A stretch of DNA of 63,749 nucleotides, filler included, from Stramenopiles sp. TOSAG23-3 (taxonomy: Eukaryota): NCBI GenBank assembly GCA_900128585.1. It is 3 parts of 3 records of this genome, joined end to end, with 100 filler letters (N's around TTAATTAATTAA, not from the genome) between each part and the next. Parts side by side here need not be neighbours in the genome. Positions count along the whole stretch, not along the records: positions 1 to 21,312 come from LT642360.1; positions 21,413 to 42,572 come from LT642361.1; 1 more part is not named here. One strand, 5' to 3'. Shown here one piece after another: positions 10,451 through 21,456 of the stretch. A model generated the notes under the pieces. It was given only the letters and a program-made list of their open reading frames with translations. It was not told the origin of the DNA and did not search any database. Positions within the stretch are counted from its first letter, which is position 1, and each line of letters opens with the position of its first letter. A program made the position numbers and the translations under genes.

Positions 10451-11119
10451 ATGGCGTCTCTATCAGACCTCACTGAAGTAATTAAACGCTTGGACCAGCA
10501 AGACAAAAAAATAAAACAGCAAGCCGATGAAATAACAGAGTTGAAAAGACAACTGTGGCAGTTGAAGCAAACGAATGTTCAGTCCTTGAATGGTAAATCG
10601 GACAGAAAGAATTTTGTGCAGAAAGAGTGTTCAGACGAAATAAAAACATGGGCGGAAAAGTTACAAAATGTTCAAGAGAGTAACGCTCTGGCGAAAAAAC
10701 CGACACCAGTTGTCCCTGCAGAGAAATACGAACCGTTGGCGCTGTACGTGGCCGCCGAACACGGCGAAATGGAAAAGGCAAAGGCGTTGCTAGCCCAAGG
10801 ATACGATCTAAACCGAGATGATCAGTTGCACCCAAAATTTGGTACCACACCGTTGATGGAGGCATGTTTCCATGGACGCGAAGACATGGCAAAGTTATAC
10901 GTTGAAAACAATGCGGAGCTAAACACGCAGAGTGGGTTTGGATGGACTGCACTCCACTATGCCGGTCAAAACAACAAAGTGGGGTGCGTTGAATTGTTAC
11001 TGGCTGCAGGGTGCGACAAAAATTTAAAAAATTCGAAAGGCAAAACCCCTCTGGATCGGGCCAGAAAGCAAGGCAAAACGGATGTTGAAAATGCCATCGT
11101 TCGTGCCGGTGGGATGTAA
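10451..11119 (+). CDS. coiled-coil plus ankyrin repeat protein
   Basis: GTTPLMEA, GWTALHYA, GKTPLDRA repeats. Confidence 0.9.
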   Translation: MASLSDLTEVIKRLDQQDKKIKQQADEITELKRQLWQLKQTNVQSLNGKSDRKNFVQKECSDEIKTWAEKLQNVQESNALAKKPTPVVPAEKYEPLALYVAAEHGEMEKAKALLAQGYDLNRDDQLHPKFGTTPLMEACFHGREDMAKLYVENNAELNTQSGFGWTALHYAGQNNKVGCVELLLAAGCDKNLKNSKGKTPLDRARKQGKTDVENAIVRAGGM

Positions 11120-11303
11120 ATCGCAAAGAGTACTTCTTCTTTAAAAAACATTTTTTAAAAGATCGTGAAAGCTCGGTCGATGAAAAGATCTGAGATCTGG
11201 ATCCTTCATGGCTTATTAGATAGTTATAGTATTGATAGGTAAATATATTTGACGACTACGCATATTTATTACTAAACACTATTCCTAATAATTATACTTC
11301 TCC

Positions 11304-12569
11304 TCATATACGAGGACATGTAATACCAAGGTAATGTAATACAATAACCTCTTGCTCCCGCTTCGTCAGCAAAGCGAGGTGATTCGTGATGGAGGCGCGC
11401 TGTGCAGCCAGCTCATTTTCCTTTTCGCTGGCTCGGGCAACGAGCGCATCGATGCGCGCTGTCTCTCGCTCCACTTTTTCTGCGGACACTCGTTCTCGTT
11501 CAACGAGCTTTTGCTCGCGCTCTGCTAACATGCTTTCTGTGCGGTCACACGCACGTTCTTTGTCTGTCAAACTGGATTGAACGTAGTGTATGTCCCTTTC
11601 AACAGCCACCAACGATTGTCGCTTAGCTTCTGTTTTTTTCTTGAGCTGCTCTAACTGCCTGGAGCTCTCCGACAGAGTGGTCGCGTCAGCTGTTAAAGCC
11701 CGCTCCCGCTCTTCCATGGTACGCTCCCGCAGCTGTAAGGCGTTCTCGCGTTGCTTCAGTTTCGCTTCCCAATTTGTGTACAGACCCATGAGTTGAGTGC
11801 GGGTCTGCAGATCGTCCCCTCCACCATGTCGAACCTCCTTGTTCGTGACGTCAGGGAAAGAAGGGGGAGGCGGTGATGGGTGGTGGGGCCGTCGCAGGAC
11901 GTTAGACAACTGAAGTTGCGTGTTTTTCAAGAGCGTCTGTTCGTGTAACAATTCGTCGTTTTCGTCGAATGCCAAACCCAGTGGTGGAGCGCGTTTCTGC
12001 TTGAGCTGGGACATGCGCAACCCTTCCAAATACCCGGAAGCGAAGTTTTTATCTTTTTGGACCCCCTCGTTTTGATGGCCGAACGTGTCGTTCTTGCGCT
12101 CTTCGTCGTCGGCGACGCTTCCACGGCTGGGCGTGCTAAACGACCAGTCATCCGATCTCCTTGCCACTGATTGTTTTTGAGGAGTAAACGCTGGTGGTCG
12201 GGGTGCTGGACGCTGCTTATTTGCCGCGCGCGAGGTCTGCGGGCGTTTTAGGCCCTTGTTCACTTGCTCCATCCGTCGGGTAGAGCTAACAGTGGGCCGT
12301 GCCACATCTCGTGCGCGGCGGGTCGAGGTCGCCTTTTTTGTTGCGGGCATCTCGGCCGACGAGGTGCCCCGACGGGCACGGAGGTCAGGGGACCATGCAT
12401 TCAACGGGCGTGCCGTGTCGTATTCGTCTAATGCGTGCGTAGTTTCCTGCAGCTCCGCGAACGCATCTGCCAGACGGCTCCGGCGCAGCTTGCGTTCGGC
12501 CGACAGGGTGCTTACCTCGCCGTCAGGCTGCTCGATCGCGGCGGCTGAGCGGCCAGTGGGTGACGCCAT
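11304..12569 (-). CDS. GC-rich coiled-coil protein, probably 3'-truncated or an isolated exon
   Basis: Long ORF; the coiled coil ends abruptly at EQE|GTTATT and runs into AT-rich DNA. Confidence 0.5.
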   Translation of the reverse strand: MASPTGRSAAAIEQPDGEVSTLSAERKLRRSRLADAFAELQETTHALDEYDTARPLNAWSPDLRARRGTSSAEMPATKKATSTRRARDVARPTVSSTRRMEQVNKGLKRPQTSRAANKQRPAPRPPAFTPQKQSVARRSDDWSFSTPSRGSVADDEERKNDTFGHQNEGVQKDKNFASGYLEGLRMSQLKQKRAPPLGLAFDENDELLHEQTLLKNTQLQLSNVLRRPHHPSPPPPSFPDVTNKEVRHGGGDDLQTRTQLMGLYTNWEAKLKQRENALQLRERTMEERERALTADATTLSESSRQLEQLKKKTEAKRQSLVAVERDIHYVQSSLTDKERACDRTESMLAEREQKLVERERVSAEKVERETARIDALVARASEKENELAAQRASITNHLALLTKREQEVIVLHYLGITCPRI

Positions 12570-12685
12570 GGTCAGGAACAAGCAGATGGCGCACTCGTTG
12601 ATACGATCCTTCTGCTACTCACCGTTCGCCGTCCCGCACTCAACAATCGTTCCCGTGTCTGCGTGTCCGTCCACGTCAATCAACA

Positions 12686-12807
12686 CAGCACACCGTCCGT
12701 CCGTGCATGCCTCGAGGAAGCTCCGCGGTGAATCATGAATCGATCATGCAGCACACCGTCCGTCCGTCCGTCCGTCCGTGCATGCCTTGAGGAAGCTCCG
12801 CGGTGAA
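12686..12807 (+). repeat. two-copy direct repeat with a variable (CCGT)n tract
   Basis: cagcacac(cgtc)n..gcatgcct.gaggaagctccgcggtgaa at 12686 and 12749. Confidence 0.9.
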
Positions 12808-13194
12808 GAGAAATCATCGTTCGATTCGTTAAATCAAAAATGTGTGTCAGTGTGTCAGTACTGTACCAACGACATGGACTATATCTATACATAGACGAAC
12901 AGTACTTGGAAGACCATGTAGAATATGGAATGATCTCCCCTTTTCCGGATATCTCGCAGGGATCCACGTAGTGTGACCGAAGCACATGTACCACATCGGA
13001 CTCATTTACATAGGGCATGCGTGGTCATGTTGTCAACGACTTACTTAAAAGTACATGGGTGGAGAGGACCTCACGCACGTCACCCCCGTTCGTGTTCTAG
13101 ATAAGTTGGATCCAAGTTGGGTAGGCGAGTAGGTCTACATGTCGTTGAAACGTGGCGATGTCACAATTACATGCATCTTCATTCACTTTACTAA

Positions 13195-14511
13195 CTATTC
13201 GAGCGATTCATACTGTTGTCCGCTCTTTTCGATACCCACCTTTTCCCCGCTCTCTTCCACATCTTTCTCGGAGTTTGCTTTGATGATGGCACTGACCACG
13301 GAGGCCAAAATAAATGCCCCCCCCACCAGCACACGTGGTGATGGGAAGCTCTGCAGAATGATCATCCCGAACACAATTTGAACAACAAACTGAGAATTGA
13401 GCCCAGTACTAAGCAGCGCTTTATTGCACATGATCGTTGCTTGCAACCAGCATTGCTGAGGAACCGTTACGAAAAGCACGCCAAAGTATAGCATATTCAG
13501 CCACAACTCATGATTCCACAGTTGTGCGTACTTGTCGGTGCCCTGAAGCAAGTTAATCATGTGGTATGCTACAGTTCCAAGCGTCAGTCGAAAGACGGTC
13601 AGGATTCCTGGGGGCACTGCGGTCAAAAAGCTTTTACTGATCAGCAGTGAGCCTGCAAAACAGAGCGATGCAAGGAGAATGTACATTTCGCCGATTGAAA
13701 TACCTATCTCACCACCGGAAAAAAGCGGGGCAGTAACAAAGGTCAGAACGATTCCAGCAGCCGTCAGCAAAGCGTTGATTGTGTCCCACCTAGACGGGAA
13801 ACTCTTACCACGTGACAGCAAAGGCTGAGCCACGATGATGAACACAGACTGGCTCTTTTCGAGAACTGTTACAGTGGCAACAGAAGCCTGTTCCCAACCA
13901 AGGTTGGAGAACAAAGGACCAAGAATTGTCGATAGTATTGCTCCTACAAACATCCACGACCAAGTTTGTCGTGATATAGTCTTCATTTGATCCTTTGAGA
14001 GGTCTCTCCAAAGAAAGGCGACGGACGAAACAAGTGCGACAGTATTCGATGCACATAGAATATTGCAAGCATTGAACACCGAAGGGTTTGAATTGTTCAG
14101 TGCCTTAAAAATGGATACCTTCAACCCATACAGCCCGATGGATACCACTAGGAAAATCATGCCTGCATTGCGGACGGCATATTGTTTGCAAGCCGACACA
14201 AACGAACCCTTGTCACCCGTGTTCTCGGAGGCAACCACTCTCTCCATGGCACCCGCAGCTTTCAGAAACGATTCGAAGATTCCACGAACGAAGAACTCAT
14301 TCAAGCAACAAACCGCTTTTTCTCTCGACCGAACCGACGACCTTTTCTCTACATTCGTGTCGTGTTCGTGTCCAAAGAGGCACGCATCGCATGAAATAAA
14401 CCCGCAAAGCCGCGTTGCTTCTTCGACTGACTGACATGACTGACTTGCTTCGCCCAACCCTCCCAACGTAACTCGACTCTCAACCCCGCGACGTGACGTT
14501 GCTGTGTCCAT
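13195..14511 (-). CDS. EamA/DMT family transporter
   Basis: About 10 TM segments in two halves; GEMYILLASLCFA and GGAFIL motifs. True start may be a downstream Met. Confidence 0.85.
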   Translation of the reverse strand: MDTATSRRGVESRVTLGGLGEASQSCQSVEEATRLCGFISCDACLFGHEHDTNVEKRSSVRSREKAVCCLNEFFVRGIFESFLKAAGAMERVVASENTGDKGSFVSACKQYAVRNAGMIFLVVSIGLYGLKVSIFKALNNSNPSVFNACNILCASNTVALVSSVAFLWRDLSKDQMKTISRQTWSWMFVGAILSTILGPLFSNLGWEQASVATVTVLEKSQSVFIIVAQPLLSRGKSFPSRWDTINALLTAAGIVLTFVTAPLFSGGEIGISIGEMYILLASLCFAGSLLISKSFLTAVPPGILTVFRLTLGTVAYHMINLLQGTDKYAQLWNHELWLNMLYFGVLFVTVPQQCWLQATIMCNKALLSTGLNSQFVVQIVFGMIILQSFPSPRVLVGGAFILASVVSAIIKANSEKDVEESGEKVGIEKSGQQYESLE

Positions 14512-15106
14512 ATCCCTCTATCTCCTCTTTTTCAGATCAAGACGAGGACATTTCATATTCCATCCATGACCGAAACGGGTGTGTTAGATATACTGTGTGA
14601 ATATATACTCCACGCAGACGACGCGATACGAGCTGAGTAGGAGTCTCGAGGCAAAATTATTATTATTATTACCAACAATTATAAATGGACATTGTAACAA
14701 CATTTTATTGGAATCATTATAATAATATTAATTATTATTACTCTCTATACTATATCTTTATATTATCTATAAATTATATTATTCTCTTCTTTTTTCTTTT
14801 CTTCTCTTCATTTTCACATAATTATTATAGTCGTCTAATAATAATTATGTGAAATTATATTATTTTATTATTATTATTATATAATTCATCACACACAACA
14901 ATAATTCACAACTCACATACGGTACTATATTATATATACAGAGAGACCTTTAAATTGAATTTTTAGGATACTTCTGAATCTTTTGAACCAATAAAATTAC
15001 ACTTGTAATCCGAGTATATGGCTTATATATACGAAGGAATAGAACGAACACATCGATTTTCAACTCTTCTTCTTTTTGAAGACCTCGAAGTGCAAGCTGT
15101 GCGGTC

Positions 15107-16063
15107 ATGTTGTTTTCTTCTCACGGGCTTCGCGCGCTACTTTGCCTTTTAGTAGCAATAATATTTGGGCTTGCCAGTGCTCTCTCCCCTGGGATGGAGG
15201 TTTATCCCAGAAGGTGCAGCTCGCACTATAAAGATGCGTCGGTTGGGTCGAACAAGGCTGTCGTGGGCTGCACTCCGAAAGAAGGTGGGAAATGTGACCG
15301 TGTCGTACAAAGCGATTTTTTGGGAAAGGAAGAGGTGGATACGCTGATCGAGATGGCAGAAAAAGGCATGGCTAAGGTGCCCCGCCGAAGCCAAAAACGT
15401 GCTGGCCCAACGATAATGGACGTAAACAGTGGGTACGTTCTAGGAAGTGGGGAGCACCAGCCGGCAGGAATTTACCGCGACGGGCAAATCTACTCCCCAA
15501 AACAGTACGAAACGTACCGACGCGTGACGACAAAGATCAAAGGGTTCATCGAGGAGTACTTTGAGCTTTCCAAGCTGTACTTTACAGCGCCGACGTTTAT
15601 TACTCGGGAGATTGGGGACCCGAGCTGGAAGCCAAAGACCATGCACGATGAGTATTGGCACGTTCACGTTGACAAGAACAACACAGATCACTACGATTAT
15701 TCGGGGCTGATATATTTGTCGGACCACGGGGTAGATTTCGAAGGCGGCGAGTTGGAATTCTATGAATACGACGCGCTAAATTGCGACCCATTTGTCGACG
15801 AGAAGAACCCAGGGCCATGCATCGTCTTGGGCGAACCATCGCAAACCGTTATCCCGGCCCGGGGCCGGTTGATTGTTTTTGGGAGCGGGCGTGAGAACCC
15901 ACACCGCGTCAAGAAGGTGTCCACTGGTACCCGCTACGTCCTCAGTTTCTGGTTCACCTGCAACGGTCAGCGCGAGTTCGGCACGTTCTTGGACGGGAAA
16001 AACCACAAAAACTACAAAGGGAAACGCAAGCACAGGAAGAAAAGGACGAAAGAAGAGTTGTAA
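15107..16063 (+). CDS. secreted 2OG-Fe(II) oxygenase, OGFOD3/prolyl-hydroxylase-like
   Basis: Signal peptide; DEYWHVHVD (HxD), YSGLIYLS, FEGG, ENPHRV..V..GTRY; C-terminal KEEL. Confidence 0.9.
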   Translation: MLFSSHGLRALLCLLVAIIFGLASALSPGMEVYPRRCSSHYKDASVGSNKAVVGCTPKEGGKCDRVVQSDFLGKEEVDTLIEMAEKGMAKVPRRSQKRAGPTIMDVNSGYVLGSGEHQPAGIYRDGQIYSPKQYETYRRVTTKIKGFIEEYFELSKLYFTAPTFITREIGDPSWKPKTMHDEYWHVHVDKNNTDHYDYSGLIYLSDHGVDFEGGELEFYEYDALNCDPFVDEKNPGPCIVLGEPSQTVIPARGRLIVFGSGRENPHRVKKVSTGTRYVLSFWFTCNGQREFGTFLDGKNHKNYKGKRKHRKKRTKEEL

Positions 16064-16141
16064 AAATTAAAAATTTAAAATAATTCTTCATACTCTAACG
16101 AATCTTTACTGTTCTTAAACTTCGTAAGAACTTTTATTTTA

Positions 16142-16178
16142 AAAACAAGAAAATTGGCCTGTTATTTAAAAATTTATA
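16142..16178 (+). repeat. copy of dispersed 3'-end dyad motif
   Basis: AAAACAAGAAAATTGGCCTGTTATTTAAAAATTTA, about 80 bp after the stop at 16063. Confidence 0.85.
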
Positions 16179-16615
16179 TGGCAGAACCAGACAATCTACA
16201 AACAGAAAAAGTCACTGCCCTCCTATGGAAACTACTAACAGCCTGGATAATGAAAAATCGAAGTCACAGCATAGTTCTCAATCACTTGATCAAGTCAATT
16301 ATGGAACACCACCAGACGAGATGATACGAAGTTTTGAAGATTATAATTGGGAACTGGGTCGAATGATACGATATCGTAGGAACGACAAAGGAGGTACCGA
16401 CCGAAAATTAGATCAGTTTTACAAATTGGGATAATCTTGAGAGTCTTAAAACATACTATATCATTAGTTTTTTTAAGTAATTAAAATTAATGTACTGCGA
16501 ACTTTTATTTATTTAATATTGTACAATTTCTTTTCTGTTTTTATTAATTTCTTCGTCTAAGTTTATGAATCTCCGAGAAACTCTTGCCTTGTAAGTTTCT
16601 TTAAATGGTTCATAT

Positions 16616-17806
16616 TCATTCGTCCTCATCCTCTTTTCTCTTCTGAAAAACCAAAGTTTCCAAGGTCAATTTCTTCAATTGGGCTGTATTCTCATGAGAC
16701 GTTCTATACCCAGCGTCCGCAATTGGGAGATATTTTTTAAAACTTGTCGCAAAGAGACTTTTACGGGAACAATAATTTTTAATGTTGTCAAACTCCTTTT
16801 CAATGCCTTTCATCCTCAAAAGTATGAGAATTAAACCTTCGCTACCCTCTTTTGTTTCAAAAAACTTGTCGCCATGTAATTGGTTAAGAGTTTGTCTGAT
16901 GCGTGGTAGTAGGTCTTCAAAAAGCCAATGCAAGTCTTCTTCACCGTAGAATTTAAAGGTTAACCAAGGATCACCTAGGCAGTAGAAAGTGTCAATAACC
17001 GATTGTAGGGTATGAAACCATTTCTGTTGGATTTCTTTGTCCTTCCCTTTCCTGCTCTTGCTTTTTGGAAGTTTATGTGCATCAAAATCAAGGACACAAA
17101 ACAGCTTGTTACGCATAAGGGTCTGGCTTTGATGGCCTTCACTTTCGCTAATGCAGAATTTAAGAAAGTTCGCACGGTTGTTAGCATCAATGTATTCTCC
17201 AACCAAATGCCCAGATTGAATAGGTGATCCAGAGTAAGTATTGTGGTCAAACTTGTATAATGCATGATTTCCCAACGGGTCAACAAACGCTGGGTGGCTT
17301 CCGTCGCTTGCGCTACTGCTGCTACTGCTACAGCCACCACACGTTTTTTGCTTCTTTGCGCTTGTACTACCCCCATACATTTGTTTGTTGTAGTGGTAAT
17401 TGTATACAACTCCAGCGTGTTGCACAAATTTCTCATGCCACCAAGTGCATTTTTTTGAGCGACACCCTGCGTAAACGTACGCATCACGGTATTCACTGGC
17501 TTGCATATACATGGTGCTTGTTAGCCCATCCATGAATCGAGCACTATAGAGCACACGATCAGGATAGTCGCTGTACTCGCCGGAGGCAGTATCATGCCAT
17601 GTAGGTAAATTTCGTTTCCGCGGGTTTGAATCGCTTAGATCACAGTCTAAACTCCAGTGGTCTTTAGGAAGTCCATTTCTTACGTAATGTTTTACTACTT
17701 CGTATTGGGGTGTTTGAACATAATACATGGTTCTTGAATGTGCTTTTCTCTGATGCGTAATTCCGCGGTAGGTAAGATTCTGAAAGTACTTTGTTTCTTC
17801 TGACAA
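16616..17806 (-). CDS. AT-richer orphan ORF, probably 5'-truncated and of foreign origin
   Basis: 396 open codons with a TTG start just after an in-frame stop; no recognisable domain. Confidence 0.5.
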   Translation of the reverse strand: MSEETKYFQNLTYRGITHQRKAHSRTMYYVQTPQYEVVKHYVRNGLPKDHWSLDCDLSDSNPRKRNLPTWHDTASGEYSDYPDRVLYSARFMDGLTSTMYMQASEYRDAYVYAGCRSKKCTWWHEKFVQHAGVVYNYHYNKQMYGGSTSAKKQKTCGGCSSSSSSASDGSHPAFVDPLGNHALYKFDHNTYSGSPIQSGHLVGEYIDANNRANFLKFCISESEGHQSQTLMRNKLFCVLDFDAHKLPKSKSRKGKDKEIQQKWFHTLQSVIDTFYCLGDPWLTFKFYGEEDLHWLFEDLLPRIRQTLNQLHGDKFFETKEGSEGLILILLRMKGIEKEFDNIKNYCSRKSLFATSFKKYLPIADAGYRTSHENTAQLKKLTLETLVFQKRKEDEDE

Positions 17807-18910
17807 TTTTTAAATCTTAACCTGGTGATGAAACGAAAACGATCTGGTCTATGTGTATAAAATTTTAATTTTTAATTCTTTTTACGTATTTGAAATTGTA
17901 TACATAGTGTCTATTAAATCGGTTTATAAACAAAAGAAGAGCTCTGCGATAGAAAGAAAGAAACAACTCCTCGTATATTTAATATTATCCACCACCGACC
18001 CACCACTTCTTCTTCTTGCTTGATGATGATGATGTCACAGCAGGAGGGTTGATGATAATATGATGGATGATGATGAATAATAATGAATGAATAAATGAAG
18101 AAAATAATAAGAAGAAGATGATAGAAATTATTATTTATTACCTTTTTTTTTATTGGCGCCACTCCTCTGTTGTTGTTATTATTATTATATATAGACTTAC
18201 GTAGTCCTATTATTATTGAAAATAGCTTAAAAAAGTAAACCTATTTATTTTATTTACTCTTCTTTGTAGTCTAGTCTAATACTGTTTCTTAGACTAACTT
18301 CATTTCAAATTTCATCTTTTTTTACTCAGTCCTTTACCTATTCACCTATTATTAGTTTATTATTTTTTATAACAGATCGATCGATCGAATCATTCAAATT
18401 GAATAAAAAATAATAATAATTATTTATAAAAAATTAAAAAATAATTAAAAAAAATGTAAAAAAAAAGGGTTGGTTGGATTCTATTTCTATGTTGTATTAT
18501 ATTTATTAATACTTAAATATAAAGAGTCGTCTAAATATTATTATTATTATTATATAGTATTAAATAGAATTAAAATAACACAACAAGAGATAAAGAAGAA
18601 GAAGAAGAAAGGAAGAAATAAAGTTTAATATTGTTGTGAATAATATAATTTAATAATAATTAATACTACTACATGTAATAGTATTGAAGGGAAAATTGAA
18701 TTGAATTGAATGAAAGAAACTAATTCTTTTTTCTACATTGCATACGTATAGGTATGTGTTTCTATCTAAAAGGGATTAGAAATATTTAGTAATTTTGGAG
18801 AGATAGAGAGAAAAAGTGTTTGTGTGTGCGTGTGTTTTTTGTATGTTTGTGCGTGCAATACTGGAAACAGACCTTTGAAAATACATACCGTCTTCTCTGC
18901 GTTCTCAACC

Positions 18911-20356
18911 ATGCCGAAGGACAAAAAAGACAAGAAGAGCAAGGACAAGAAGGACAAGAAGAGCAAGGGGAGCAAGGCGGCCTTGTCCACTGTTCCGAGT
19001 GATATGAGTGCAGCACCTACGATGGCCACAAGCATGTCCATGGCTCCCGGCGCAGGGCCAGCGTTTGGCGGTGGGCAAGTGTTTGAGCGCTACGCCAACG
19101 AGCAGGGGCAGCTTACTCCCCGCGGCTTCATGCGTATGGTGCAAAGCGAAGGGATGTCGATGAACGGTGCCATGCTGAACCAAGGCCAAATGGGCAGGGT
19201 CCCGGGGACCCCGGACAAAACCGACTTCGAGGTAGGCCGGCTGTTCGCACGGTTCGGAAAGTCCGGGGCCAACGGGCAGATAACGAGCAACGAGTTCAAA
19301 GAGATGATGCACTCCCTGGCGAAGGAAGGCCGCTGGCAAGAGCAGCGCTCGGGGGGGCAGCAGCGTGCGGGGAACAACATGCGCTCGGCGAGCACGTCCT
19401 ACGCGTCCACCTCCGCGGCCGCCGCTGCGGTCGCGCCCCCGGAGCACTTTTTCAACTTGCCCTTAGCGCCCGAGACGGAGCGGATCCGGGCGGAGATCAA
19501 TGCCCACGCGTCGGCGGTCAACCCGCTCGCCGCCACGGAGCTTCACATGCTACAGATGAACCTGTTGTCGAAAAAGGAGCACCTGATGCAGCAGATGCGG
19601 TTCGTCCGGGCACGCGCGGAGGAGGTCCAGTCCGTGCGGCGGGCCATCGAACGGGAGACGCTGGCGGACGCGGAGGCCATCGTCCACCGCCTCCGCGGGG
19701 CCGAATCCTTGAAACTGTCCCTGCTGAAGCACGACATGGACCAGCTGCAGCACGACTTAGACGAGATCGATGGCTTTGCTGCGATCATGAAGCGCGATTC
19801 CAACACGGCCAAGAGCGGCACGATGAACGCGGATGGCAGCGCCCTGTCGACCCGTTCCAGGTACTTGGAAATGTGCGCCGAGGCGGAGCGGATCGCGAAC
19901 AAAAACTTCAAAACGACGATCGACGTTCAAGCGGACGACTTTGACCGGGAGGTTGTAGAGCGCATAAACTTAGCGACCCAGGTGGAGGCTGCCAAGGAGG
20001 CGGCGGCCGTGAAAGACCAGATGGTGTGGATGCTGCTGCAGGAACGGGAAGAGCTCAAGACGACCGAAAAGAAGTACTCCGAGGAAGTCGAAAAACTTAG
20101 CCAAGAGAGCTGTAAAGAAATAGAAGAGTGGGTTCGCTTGACCGATAACTTTCGGGCGAAGCTGACCGCGGCGCAAGCCAGAATCAAAGAACTGGAGGGG
20201 GCCAGTAGGACCACCACCCTTCCCGAAGATTCTGAGAATTCGAATGGGAACGCAGGGTCCGAATCGGAGGTCAACTCGAGCTTCGTGAAAGGGAACAGTG
20301 ATCAAATTAGCGTGGACGGAATCGGGACCCCAGGGAAAAAGGGGGGGTGGGTCTGA
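18911..20356 (+). CDS. EF-hand-like plus coiled-coil protein
   Basis: MPKDKKDKK start; degenerate EF-hands (GQLTPRGF, GQITSNEF); long coiled coil. Confidence 0.75.
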   Translation: MPKDKKDKKSKDKKDKKSKGSKAALSTVPSDMSAAPTMATSMSMAPGAGPAFGGGQVFERYANEQGQLTPRGFMRMVQSEGMSMNGAMLNQGQMGRVPGTPDKTDFEVGRLFARFGKSGANGQITSNEFKEMMHSLAKEGRWQEQRSGGQQRAGNNMRSASTSYASTSAAAAAVAPPEHFFNLPLAPETERIRAEINAHASAVNPLAATELHMLQMNLLSKKEHLMQQMRFVRARAEEVQSVRRAIERETLADAEAIVHRLRGAESLKLSLLKHDMDQLQHDLDEIDGFAAIMKRDSNTAKSGTMNADGSALSTRSRYLEMCAEAERIANKNFKTTIDVQADDFDREVVERINLATQVEAAKEAAAVKDQMVWMLLQEREELKTTEKKYSEEVEKLSQESCKEIEEWVRLTDNFRAKLTAAQARIKELEGASRTTTLPEDSENSNGNAGSESEVNSSFVKGNSDQISVDGIGTPGKKGGWV

Positions 20357-20560
20357 ACGCAGCGCTCCTAGAGGTGGCCTTTAATATAATATTTAAATTC
20401 GTGTCCCAGAGACGTACAGATGACAAAATATTTTCAATGTGTTATTTGTGAAGGACTCGCGTAAAGCAGTTCGTAAAGAATTAAGAGTAAGAAGTGGTAA
20501 AAAATACACACGAGCGAATGCGCCAACGCAGTAAGAATTAAGTTTACTTTTTTGTCTCCG

Positions 20561-21271
20561 TCAAAGCAACGCTTTCGCAAAAAAGTGAATCCGAATTATG
20601 CCGTGCCAATCATGGAACCTTTCCTCTTCGAACTGAAACTTTTTAACGTACATTTTCTTCGCTGCCACCTGCATTTCACTCGTGCTCAGAACAATACGCT
20701 TGTAATTTTTCCTCCTGCAAAATGATTCCAACTCAGCAATCAAAAGCGTCGCAAGGCCCATTCCTCGCGCCGATTTCTTTACACTCATCCTCCTCAGCTC
20801 GGCATCCCCAACTTTCCAACCCTCAGCGTTCTCGGGCAATATTTCATCGAGAGCGACACATCCCACAATTTCTGACTCTGCGGTTTCTGCGACCCAAAAA
20901 TTACACCGGTCCCTACTCATGTAATATTGTTGAACGTCCTTCAGGTCCTTCTTTCGTATGCACTCGTCCACGTAATCGTTTGCAATATAACGAGGGAACA
21001 CAAAAAGCACTACGTACGGAACGACCCCACCCAACAAAACCAAAAGTACCGTTGTCCGCCACCAGTACGTCGCTGCCAGAAAATAGGCGGCGCCCAGCAC
21101 AACGAAAGACCAGATCATCCCAAGCTTTTTCAATATCTTATTCCGGAACCCAGACTCTATCGTTGTCTTCATCCCATCCGCAAAAATGCCCAACACTTCG
21201 CCACGGTCTCTTTTTTCATAAGGCCGCACACGAACCGCGCGATCTTCCGCCGCCCCTTTCCTACGACGCAT
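20561..21271 (-). CDS. GNAT N-acetyltransferase, NAT8/Camello-like
   Basis: TM hairpin; FWVAE..IVGCVAL; ELRRMSV...RGMGLA; LSTSEMQVAAKKMY. Confidence 0.9.
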   Translation of the reverse strand: MRRRKGAAEDRAVRVRPYEKRDRGEVLGIFADGMKTTIESGFRNKILKKLGMIWSFVVLGAAYFLAATYWWRTTVLLVLLGGVVPYVVLFVFPRYIANDYVDECIRKKDLKDVQQYYMSRDRCNFWVAETAESEIVGCVALDEILPENAEGWKVGDAELRRMSVKKSARGMGLATLLIAELESFCRRKNYKRIVLSTSEMQVAAKKMYVKKFQFEEERFHDWHGIIRIHFFAKALL

Positions 21272-21312
21272 ATGAAAAGATGGTGGTGGGACGAGAGAGA
21301 GACCAACACAAA

Positions 21313-21412
21313 NNNNNNNNNNNNNNNNNNNNNNNNNNNNNNNNNNNNNNNNNNNNTTAATTAATTAANNNNNNNNNNNNNNNNNNNNNNNNNNNNNNNN
21401 NNNNNNNNNNNN
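21313..21412. other. artificial contig-concatenation linker
   Basis: N44-TTAATTAATTAA-N44 (stops in all six frames). Confidence 0.97.
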
Positions 21413-21456
21413 AACAGGTCAGGGCTTTGGTGGGATGCAATAATAATTCAACTTAC

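Noticed and set aside
17820-17850. Hammerhead-like CTGGTGATGA...GAAA
   Set aside because: Core is not CTGANGA and I could not find the required flanking stems.
21313-21412. TTAATTAATTAA as a biological site (also 42573-42672)
   Set aside because: Identical N-flanked six-frame-stop linker; synteny across it is meaningless, and the lipA and 42673 ORF truncations are assembly effects.
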